This document shows, piece after piece, positions 1 to 7,627 of a DNA stretch of 39,280 bases (its first letter is position 1; every line of letters starts with the position of its first letter). This stretch comes from a virus (lineage: Duplodnaviria > Caudoviricetes). The notes under the pieces were generated by a model that searched no databases, was not told where the DNA came from, and saw only the letters and a list, made by a program, of their open reading frames with translations. A program made the position numbers and the translations under genes. The stretch is from IMG/VR virus record IMGVR_UViG_3300016722_000141, positions 1-39,280 of that record; one strand, 5' to 3'.

Positions 1-1038
1 TCATATTAAATTGAATCGTTCACAATTTTGGCTTATTTTCTCTAATGCTTCAATAAATTCAGAAGTATCAAAAAAATAGCTTGGATAAGCGCTTTTTAGA
101 TCTTTAATGGATTCGACAGAAACAAAAACGACAGCATTTTTATTATCCTCAAGATGCTTTTCCATATTGGAATATGCTTCGGATGCATCAATTTTATCCT
201 TTTTCTTATATGGATTTATTGCAACTGATCTTTGTTGAAAATCAATATTTATAATATAATATTCATAATTTAGTAGTTCTTCTCCTATACATTTTACAGT
301 AACCCTTAATGCCTTTAATATGTTGCAAAAATTTTTTTCTTGATTCAAGATGTGGCACATTTTCATCAGTTCTTTCATTTCTATATGCTCATAGTCTTTG
401 AGTATAGGCAATTTCTCTTTTATGGAAAATAGTGAGCTAACAATTCTAAAAAAAGTAAGCCAATTATTATCTCCTTGACTAGATTTTAAAGATGTTTTTG
501 TATATAATCCTGCTGTTTCAATTGCAGTAGCCCAATTATGTTGCAATTTAGTTCTGATTTGTAGCTCTATTCGTAAGCCATTATAAATGTCGTTATTAGA
601 GTCATATTTATATATAAGATGTATACTTCTATATCCGCTACTTTTGGGCTCGTTCACATAATTATTTATTTTTTCTAAAGTAAAACCTTTGATTGCATTC
701 TTTTTCAAAATCAAAAAAAATGCTTCTAGATCAGGGACATTGTTAAGAACTATTCTAAGTCCACCTATATCTTGCATACCACCTAACCCCATAGAAGGAT
801 TTAAATCTAATTTGTATTGTATAGAAGTTAATCGTTTTAATCTTTGAGAAACTAAAAAAGGGTTTATTATGTACCCATTTAAAAGAGCTTTTATTCTATA
901 GGTCAAATCATTTAATGGAATCAAGTGATTAGTTCTCCAATCATTAATAGTGTCAATAGCTTCATCTACTAAGTTTTTATCTTTTGAAGTGATTATTACA
1001 TTTCCGGCTTTATTTATTTGATTTCTACTATATTTCAT
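1..1038 (-). CDS. capRel: RelA/SpoT-family small alarmone synthetase-like protein; CapRel-like fused toxin-antitoxin
   Basis: SYNTH motifs QRLKR..SI..KL, MQDIGGLR, GYRSIH, ELQIRTKLQHNWA; C-terminal extension ending AYPSYFFDTSEF, matching the YxxY autoinhibitory motif of fused CapRel. Confidence 0.8.
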   Translation of the reverse strand: MKYSRNQINKAGNVIITSKDKNLVDEAIDTINDWRTNHLIPLNDLTYRIKALLNGYIINPFLVSQRLKRLTSIQYKLDLNPSMGLGGMQDIGGLRIVLNNVPDLEAFFLILKKNAIKGFTLEKINNYVNEPKSSGYRSIHLIYKYDSNNDIYNGLRIELQIRTKLQHNWATAIETAGLYTKTSLKSSQGDNNWLTFFRIVSSLFSIKEKLPILKDYEHIEMKELMKMCHILNQEKNFCNILKALRVTVKCIGEELLNYEYYIINIDFQQRSVAINPYKKKDKIDASEAYSNMEKHLEDNKNAVVFVSVESIKDLKSAYPSYFFDTSEFIEALEKISQNCERFNLI

Positions 1039-1049
1039 CCTATATATAA

Positions 1050-1202
1050 TTTAATCCTTTTCCACCTTATTCCAATTCGTAAACTTACCATCTTCGGTAT
1101 ATTAACTTTCACTCACTTCCCATTTTTGAAGATTATAAATCTGATCTCTACCTTTACGGCGCCATTTCGGTGTCCGTCGCCTTTTTTACCTCTGGTTGCC
1201 AT
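1050..1202 (-). pseudogene. Decayed gene for a small basic peptide (MATRGKKGDGHRNGAVK...)
   Basis: ATG at 1202; GC-rich patch in AT-rich DNA; open frame stops at TGA 1113-1115; segments GRDQIYN, NGK*VK and TEDGKF continue across frameshifts. Resembles, from memory, the family MATN.PKGDGHRNGAV..RSQ.YNP....WVKRD...G.F. Confidence 0.55.
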
Positions 1203-1274
1203 GTTATTGAATTTAAGTTCTAGTATCCTATAAAATATTGCAATAGCTTATTAATAATTTTAATGAAACCATAT

Positions 1275-4262
1275 TCATTTATTTTGCAATTTTGGCACTA
1301 TATATTTTGGTTTAAATCCCGCTATTTTAATTATTTTCTCTCGTTTACCTCTTTCAACATAATTTGTATATAAATATTTTTTCACATATATTCTTAGTAT
1401 ACTTTGCGCAATATAATTATATTGAACATCTTTGAAAAGCTGTTCTAGCTCCGTTGTATTAATATTTGCATAATATGATTTAATAGCAAAAGTTACTATT
1501 TTTGCTGCTGATGTTCCTATTTTTCTGGCAATTGTCTCATACAATTCATTTACATTGGTACCGACTGAAAACATTAAATTAGTAAAACTATCAATACATA
1601 TTCTATAAGAAATAAATTGTAAAAAAGTTAAAACTTTCTTTTCTATATCGCTCTTATCTACATGTGATTTTTCTTTCAATTTATCAGAAATAGCATCAAC
1701 AATTATATTTTTATCTTTTTGTAAAAGATCTGTAAAAAAACCCATAAATCTAAAACAACCCCTATATGCAGATTCAACTAATATTTCTAATTTTTCTTTT
1801 TCAAAATCACCATTTTGGTTTTTTACTATTTGCCCTAAAATTCTAATTGTCTTAAGCGATTGATTAATTTCTATCAATTCAGGAGGCAAATCCTCATTGT
1901 CTATTTTATGATTACCTTTATTTTTTTCAATATTATCTTTAAATTCTAATTCTTTTTTGACTTCCTGTTCCGGGTCCTTTATTTCAATAATATCATTTTT
2001 TACTTTTTCTGCAAATTCAGATATAAATTTAGTAAACGGATCGTCTTTATCAAGTGTAATTTCTTCAGATCTTTCAAAAGGAAGTTCACTTGCTAATATG
2101 ATATTATCTAGTAAGAGCTGTGCCTTAGAGTGATGAGTAAGAAAAATTAATATATTAGCATTCTTTTCAATATGAATCTTATCACACAAATTTTCTATTG
2201 TTTTCTCATACTGATCAATATTAGTGGCCATCTTTTGCGCTACTAAATAATAAAAAATATATTTATATGAAAATGAATAAATTTCATCATCAAATTTAAT
2301 AAGATTAGCATCACATATATTTTGCAACATTTTTTCGGAAGAATGAGTTGTATAAAACTTATTTTTAAACCTTATAAAAAAATCTTCAAACTCTACTTTT
2401 GAAAAATTGTCAGTCTGTTTTTCAAACACATAAAAAGATAATTCTTTTAAAAGATTAAAATAACTTCCCAATTCATTCTGTAATCCAATTCGAACTAATC
2501 CAACTGTAATTAATGCATGATAACAATGAGCATACGATGTTTGCGTATAATCTTGAGGAAAAATTTGGTCATCAAGTCCTTGCAATAAAGTTAAAATAAA
2601 AATAGGATATGATGGCATTAATTTATTCCCTATTAATTGGTCTATTTCATCTAGACGTGATTTAATAAGTTCCAAAAGAGTTTCTTTTTGTAATGTCATC
2701 GCATTCTCCCCTATTGTAAGCCATTGTTTTATCATTTCACTTCTTTTAACATGGCCTAGTGGCAATATTCTATAAGAATCAAAATTGTTAGTTGTAGCCT
2801 CAATAGAGGCTAGATTTGCAATAATTGAGCTATCAATAGTAATAATTATATAGTCAAATTGTTTAATTATATTATCTAATAAAATTTCTATATACTTTGA
2901 ATTTAGAACGGATTTTTGTAAATTATCTATCAATAAGACTCTTTTTTCTTGTTGAAAAAAAAGATTAATATCATTATTTTCATACTGTTCTTTTAAAGTT
3001 TTTGTAATCAATCCTTTAATATCCGTATGATTAATATTATTACCACGCAAATATATAGGGTTATAGCCTATTTCATATAATTTTTTATAATATGCAAATA
3101 GCAAACTCGTTTTTCCTGATTGTTCTTCTCCTTCAATAAAAAAATTTAATTTATTATTATTTTTTATTGAATCGATGACAAACTCTGAATTTGGGTATTG
3201 TATAGTATCATCTTCTTTTACAGGCTCTAGATCTGGATATATAAAAACATCTGTTAATAATAGAGGTGACTTTCGAGCATGTTTCAATGGTATATTTAAT
3301 GATTCAATTTTTGTGCAAAAGTCATCCCTTAGTATGAATTTTCGCTTTTCTTTCTTATATAATTTAAAAGGGGATTGATCTTCGGTAATATATACATTTT
3401 CATCACTAATATATTTCTTACAGAAACCTTCTCTTTTCGCTATATCAATTTCAATATAATTAAAACCTGTCACATCCGGAGATTTTATTTTGAACGCCTT
3501 ACCTTCTATATAAATAACATTATTATCATTCTGTATTACATTCTTCGTTATGCCTTTATCATGTTCATGTCCACATAAAATGATGTTAGATGTATTAATA
3601 ATATGCTCTTCAAATCGTTTTTTATTGTTATTCTTTGTCTTCGGTGATAACCAGTTTGTTGGATGGTGAAATAATGTTATTATAATATCATCGTTAATAT
3701 TCTTAATAAATTTATTCTCAGGAATAACGATATTACCACATTTTTCTTCTTTTTCAGACATCCAGCTACTGTTATAACATAAAAAAACTATATGTTCACA
3801 ATTAATTGAAATAGGAAAGTCTTCTTTATATGAAATTTTGTCATCTGGAATAAAACCTTTTATTTTATTAAAAAAATTCCAATAATTTTCTTGTACAACA
3901 GCAATATCATCAAAATAATCATTTTTTTCTATCTTATCTGTTAAACAATTTGTTATCAGATCCTCTCTAGTTGACTTTACTTTATCAAAACAGCAATCAT
4001 GATTACCCGGAACTAAAATAAACTTAATTTGTAATAACTTATTAGAGTCTTTAATTTTATCTTTCAATAAATTTAAAAATAATTCGGCATTATCGTATTC
4101 TTCTTTTCTACCATGATCTACAATATCACCTGTAACTAGAATATACAAATTGCTCAGTAACTTAATGTCATAATTACATGCGCTTATAATTAAATCTATT
4201 TTACTTAAACATTCATTATTTTCAATATGCAGGTCGCTTAAATGTAAAATTCCAATTTTCAT
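1275..4262 (-). CDS. Calcineurin-like metallophosphoesterase fused to STAND-like P-loop NTPase and helical C-terminus; putative anti-phage protein
   Basis: Phosphoesterase motifs HLSDLH, TGDI, PGNHD, FHHP, CGHEH; Walker A GEEQSGKTS; Walker B VLLIDN; 995 aa, very AT-rich. Confidence 0.85.
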   Translation of the reverse strand: MKIGILHLSDLHIENNECLSKIDLIISACNYDIKLLSNLYILVTGDIVDHGRKEEYDNAELFLNLLKDKIKDSNKLLQIKFILVPGNHDCCFDKVKSTREDLITNCLTDKIEKNDYFDDIAVVQENYWNFFNKIKGFIPDDKISYKEDFPISINCEHIVFLCYNSSWMSEKEEKCGNIVIPENKFIKNINDDIIITLFHHPTNWLSPKTKNNNKKRFEEHIINTSNIILCGHEHDKGITKNVIQNDNNVIYIEGKAFKIKSPDVTGFNYIEIDIAKREGFCKKYISDENVYITEDQSPFKLYKKEKRKFILRDDFCTKIESLNIPLKHARKSPLLLTDVFIYPDLEPVKEDDTIQYPNSEFVIDSIKNNNKLNFFIEGEEQSGKTSLLFAYYKKLYEIGYNPIYLRGNNINHTDIKGLITKTLKEQYENNDINLFFQQEKRVLLIDNLQKSVLNSKYIEILLDNIIKQFDYIIITIDSSIIANLASIEATTNNFDSYRILPLGHVKRSEMIKQWLTIGENAMTLQKETLLELIKSRLDEIDQLIGNKLMPSYPIFILTLLQGLDDQIFPQDYTQTSYAHCYHALITVGLVRIGLQNELGSYFNLLKELSFYVFEKQTDNFSKVEFEDFFIRFKNKFYTTHSSEKMLQNICDANLIKFDDEIYSFSYKYIFYYLVAQKMATNIDQYEKTIENLCDKIHIEKNANILIFLTHHSKAQLLLDNIILASELPFERSEEITLDKDDPFTKFISEFAEKVKNDIIEIKDPEQEVKKELEFKDNIEKNKGNHKIDNEDLPPELIEINQSLKTIRILGQIVKNQNGDFEKEKLEILVESAYRGCFRFMGFFTDLLQKDKNIIVDAISDKLKEKSHVDKSDIEKKVLTFLQFISYRICIDSFTNLMFSVGTNVNELYETIARKIGTSAAKIVTFAIKSYYANINTTELEQLFKDVQYNYIAQSILRIYVKKYLYTNYVERGKREKIIKIAGFKPKYIVPKLQNK

Positions 4263-4321
4263 AATATTTTGATTAAATAAATTAATGCTCTTTTATAAAA
4301 ATAATCTTGAGTTATTACAGT

Positions 4322-4963
4322 CTATAGTCTTTTCATACATCCAAGTACTGAGAATACTTTATATATCATCTCCTTGCCAATCTCTTGCGTACTGTAATCG
4401 GGGTTTGTTGGAACCAGTAAGTACTTGTTATCACTACTACCCTTTTTCACACGCTTAACTGTCCGTAGTTCATTCTTTGTAACTATAGCATACACATCAT
4501 CCAACACAATGAATTGATTCCATTCAGGCACCTCTCTGATAGCGAGAATATCACCACTATTTATTTCGGGTTCCATGCTATGCCCTGTTATGTTGCACCA
4601 CATTACACCATCTTTGTTGTAAGGTGCAAAATCTATATTATAATCCGGATTAATTGTTTGGTCATTAAGAATAAGGTCAAAGCCACCTATAAAATCAACG
4701 TTATAATAAGGTCTTCCAGTGACATAAGATATATGTGGAACTGCTTTTAGCATATCACCTTCACCACGTAATAGCCATTCAGAAGAAATATCCTCAAATG
4801 TGGATAGAATCTTTTTCACTGTTTCATAACTTACAGATCTTTTGCTGTTTATTTGTTGATTAAAAGTATTTGCTTTACTTCCTATTATGGCAGCAAATTC
4901 CCTACCTGATAGCTTTTTAGCTTCTATTATTTGATTAATTCTATTTATAATATCAACTTCCAT
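4322..4963 (-). CDS. cI: CI-like repressor (XRE HTH + S24 peptidase)
   Basis: N-terminal HTH ending SEWLLRGEG; catalytic Ser motif GHSMEP and Lys in TVKRV; divergent from a cro-like gene. Confidence 0.93.
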   Translation of the reverse strand: MEVDIINRINQIIEAKKLSGREFAAIIGSKANTFNQQINSKRSVSYETVKKILSTFEDISSEWLLRGEGDMLKAVPHISYVTGRPYYNVDFIGGFDLILNDQTINPDYNIDFAPYNKDGVMWCNITGHSMEPEINSGDILAIREVPEWNQFIVLDDVYAIVTKNELRTVKRVKKGSSDNKYLLVPTNPDYSTQEIGKEMIYKVFSVLGCMKRL

Positions 4964-4975
4964 TCTTTTATCTTT

Positions 4976-4992
4976 TTTAGAATCATTCTAAA
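4976..4992. promoter_or_regulatory. Perfect 8-1-8 palindrome upstream of cI
   Basis: TTTAGAAT-C-ATTCTAAA. Confidence 0.55.
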
Positions 4993-4997
4993 TAACA

Positions 4998-5045
4998 CAT
5001 TTGAGAACAAATTTTATTTAAAAAATTTGCTTTTGTTCTCAAATG
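4998..5045. promoter_or_regulatory. 14-bp inverted repeat, putative repressor operators
   Basis: CATTTGAGAACAAA (4998-5011) and TTTGTTCTCAAATG (5032-5045) in the cI-cro spacer. Confidence 0.65.
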
Positions 5046-5057
5046 AGAATATATTTA
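5026..5057 (+). promoter_or_regulatory. Putative lytic (rightward) promoter
   Basis: TTTG (5026-5029), 20 nt, TATATTTA (one mismatch to TAnnTTTG); overlaps the right arm of the operator. Confidence 0.55.
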
Positions 5058-5109
5058 CATTACATAATTACAATGTTCATTTACAATGTAACTATTAAGA
5101 TACGAATGC

Positions 5110-5141
5110 CAAAGTTATTAATTATGAAAATTAAAAACAAA
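5110..5141 (-). promoter_or_regulatory. Putative lysogenic (leftward) promoter for cI
   Basis: Minus strand TTTG, 20 nt, TAACTTTG: exact Bacteroidota -33/-7 consensus. Confidence 0.65.
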
Positions 5142-5147
5142 TTTAAT

Positions 5148-5324
5148 ATGAGGAAATTTTATTTAAAAAACGGCCTCAGAAAAGAACTCGAAATAAAATT
5201 CAAGTGCTCGAGACAAACCGTCTATAACGCTTTAAACTACAAAACAAGCAGTGCCATTGCCAAAAGTATACGTGATTATGCCGTCAATAATCTCGGCGCT
5301 AAAAGAATGAGGGTAAGAAGATAA
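5148..5324 (+). CDS. Cro-like HTH protein
   Basis: HTH KELEIKFKCSRQTVYNALN; divergent from cI; ATG 5148 preferred over 5043. Confidence 0.75.
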   Translation: MRKFYLKNGLRKELEIKFKCSRQTVYNALNYKTSSAIAKSIRDYAVNNLGAKRMRVRR

Positions 5325-5572
5325 TGCAGACACCTATGTTAACACCGAAACAGCTTGACTACATCGCTCAAAAGATTGTCGAGTACTTGAAACCGAAAGA
5401 TGAGCTTCTGAATACGAAAACATGTGCCGAATGGTTGGGTATCTCTGCAAAGGCCTTAACACAGCGGGCTAGGGTAGGGGACATCCCGAGTCATAAGCAT
5501 AAAGGGCTATACTATTTTTCAAAAAATGAAGTTACTGAATTTTATACGAAGCCGAGAGGCCTAAATGATTGA
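5324..5572 (+). CDS. Excisionase-like MerR-type HTH protein
   Basis: LLNTKTCAEWLGISAKAL...GDIPSHK...YYF pattern; TAATG coupling to the cro-like gene. Confidence 0.75.
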   Translation: MQTPMLTPKQLDYIAQKIVEYLKPKDELLNTKTCAEWLGISAKALTQRARVGDIPSHKHKGLYYFSKNEVTEFYTKPRGLND

Positions 5573-5584
5573 TAGTTTTCCGGA

Positions 5585-5641
5585 TTCCCGTTAGCACTAA
5601 TGGAGTGTGATAATAAGTCGGTCCGATTCCGATACGGGAAG
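5585..5641 (+). ncRNA. tRNA-like element lacking the anticodon arm
   Basis: Acceptor TTCCCGT/ACGGGAA, TA at 8-9, D-arm GCAC-TAATGGA-GTGT, 8-nt linker, T-arm GTCGG-TCCGATT-CCGAT. Confidence 0.6.
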
Positions 5642-5915
5642 CAGATAGAGGATCGGAAAATACTCTTTAAATAAATACCGCGTGGAACCCATAACCGTTT
5701 TATGTTGCGGACTTACACAATGGGAGCGAATAAAACGAAGTAGCAAGAAACGCCGTGATCTTATAGCCTGTTACTATGGTAGCGATTATTGCAGCGTGAA
5801 AAAGTGTTTCGACGATTGAGAACAATCAAAAGCGAACAGGAAATGTGCTCGTTACAACATATGCCCGTCTTGACGCAGTGAATATTCGGGGCGGGAACAA
5901 CGATTAAAAGCACCA

Positions 5916-6095
5916 ATGATGAAAAATAAAGAATTAAAAGCTAAAAAGAAAAAGTATTTTAAGGATGAGTATGTAGATCTGTATACAATAAACATCCGAC
6001 TCAAGTTCTTAGCACTAAACCTATGGATAGTAATGATGATGGTTGGTAGTATACTAGGTTTTTTACTTGCAATACTTCTGAAAAAACATTCCTAA
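5916..6095 (+). CDS. Small membrane protein (59 aa; below ORF-track cutoff)
   Basis: MMKNKELKAKKKKYF...LALNLWIVMMMVGSILGFLLAILLKKHS; basic N-terminus, one TM helix. Confidence 0.5.
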   Translation: MMKNKELKAKKKKYFKDEYVDLYTINIRLKFLALNLWIVMMMVGSILGFLLAILLKKHS

Positions 6096-6168
6096 TACTT
6101 ATTAGAGCCTATGGTAAAGACCTAATTTATCCAAAACAACCTTATATAAATACGTGAAAGGAGAATAG

Positions 6169-6375
6169 ATGACAAATAAAGAATATAGACATTATAGAAA
6201 TACAAGTCTCCTCCATCCTTCGATTTTAAATACACTTTCGAAGGAAGAATATGAAGATTTTTGCATAAAAGAAGAAACAGATTATTTTTTCTATAATCTT
6301 TCAGTTATCATATCCGTCATTTCGATTATTATCGATGGGATAGCGATATATAAATCATTGTACAATATCCTATAA
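6169..6375 (+). CDS. Small hypothetical membrane protein
   Basis: C-terminal hydrophobic stretch LSVIISVISIIIDGIAI. Confidence 0.5.
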   Translation: MTNKEYRHYRNTSLLHPSILNTLSKEEYEDFCIKEETDYFFYNLSVIISVISIIIDGIAIYKSLYNIL

Positions 6376-6378
6376 ATC

Positions 6379-6555
6379 ATGAAAATCTTTAGATTCTGCC
6401 TATTGTCATTACTGGCTTTGGCGGCGCTCGGGCTTGTCGAAAAGCACCCATTTCTGGCTATCGCATTTATTCTTCTGACAACGGCAATATCCGTCACATG
6501 GAATAAGAAAGGTAAACTTCCATCCGTCAAGGACAATTCCGACGATTTCAATTAA
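6379..6555 (+). CDS. Small two-TM protein (58 aa; below ORF-track cutoff)
   Basis: MKIFRFCLLSLLALAALGLVEKHPFLAIAFILLTTAISVTWNKKGKLPSVKDNSDDFN. Confidence 0.6.
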   Translation: MKIFRFCLLSLLALAALGLVEKHPFLAIAFILLTTAISVTWNKKGKLPSVKDNSDDFN

Positions 6556-6685
6556 ACTTAGTGCCGACACGTTTCATGGGAACCCGTTTAAACGAGGACA
6601 CAAAGACGAATATCAAGCGGGGCTCTGGCAGGCTGGAACAGACAGCCTTTACAATGAACCAATTAACCATTTAAATACAAGAATT

Positions 6686-7627
6686 ATGACTTTAATAAGG
6701 AAACCGGCTGAACTGAAGGTCCAGCCAAAAATCAAAATGTTAATCTACGGACAAGCCGGTATCGGAAAGACAACCATTTCGCTGTCCGCTCCAAGTCCGC
6801 TGTTGTTCGATTTCGACGGTGGCATCAACCGTGTCAATTATGCCCATATCAAGGACACGGTACAAATCGAAAAATATGATGACTTACTTGAGGTGATCAA
6901 CAAGGAAGATTTGTCTTCTTATGAAACACTGGTTATCGATACCGGTGGCAAGTGTTTGGATCGGATGGCTGAATATATTATTCACGCCAACCCGAAATTG
7001 GGTAAAGCCAACGGTTCATTAACGCTTCAGGGATATGGGGAACGCAAAGTGGAGTTCGCCGCTCTGTGCCGACTGATAACCGAGAAAAACAAACATGTCG
7101 TCTTCGTGGCCCATAGACAGACGCAACAAGACGGCGACGACATGCGCTATGTACCGCTTTTCGGTGGCAGCAACTACGACAGCCTGGTTACCGAACTTGA
7201 CTTGGTGGGATACATGGAAGCCAATGGAAGAAAACGTACGATCACTTTCGATCCCACTTCGCGCAATGATGGGAAAAACACCTGCAACATGCCGGCTGTA
7301 ATGAACATTCCCCTATTGGTGGATGAAAAAGGTAATGCAATAGGTGAAAATAACTTCATCAGCGAAAAAGTGATCAAGCCGTTTATCCAGCGCCTGAAAG
7401 AGCGTCAAAAAATAAACGAATCCTATCATAAAGTGATCGAAGAAATCAAGGAGCAGATCGTACTCATTACCGACGCGGAATCAGCCAATGATTTTTGCAG
7501 CCGTATCAACGCTTTCAAACATGTGGGAAGTTCAAAGGCCATGGCTGCCAAACTCGTTTCGGAAAAGACAAAGGCACTCGGACTCAAATTGAACAAGGAG
7601 ACACGCAAGTATGAACCCGCAGCCTGA
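6686..7627 (+). CDS. Sak4-like AAA ATPase (recombination)
   Basis: LIYGQAGIGKTT Walker A, LVIDT Walker B, VFVAH; followed by exonuclease and SSB. Confidence 0.85.
   Translation: MTLIRKPAELKVQPKIKMLIYGQAGIGKTTISLSAPSPLLFDFDGGINRVNYAHIKDTVQIEKYDDLLEVINKEDLSSYETLVIDTGGKCLDRMAEYIIHANPKLGKANGSLTLQGYGERKVEFAALCRLITEKNKHVVFVAHRQTQQDGDDMRYVPLFGGSNYDSLVTELDLVGYMEANGRKRTITFDPTSRNDGKNTCNMPAVMNIPLLVDEKGNAIGENNFISEKVIKPFIQRLKERQKINESYHKVIEEIKEQIVLITDAESANDFCSRINAFKHVGSSKAMAAKLVSEKTKALGLKLNKETRKYEPAA

Noticed and set aside
1018-1233. 71-aa plus-strand ORF
   Set aside because: Antisense shadow of the minus-strand peptide remnant, with a weak start and no recognisable features.
6291-6551. 86-aa minus-strand ORF
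   Set aside because: Overlaps two better plus-strand membrane-protein ORFs that follow operon direction.
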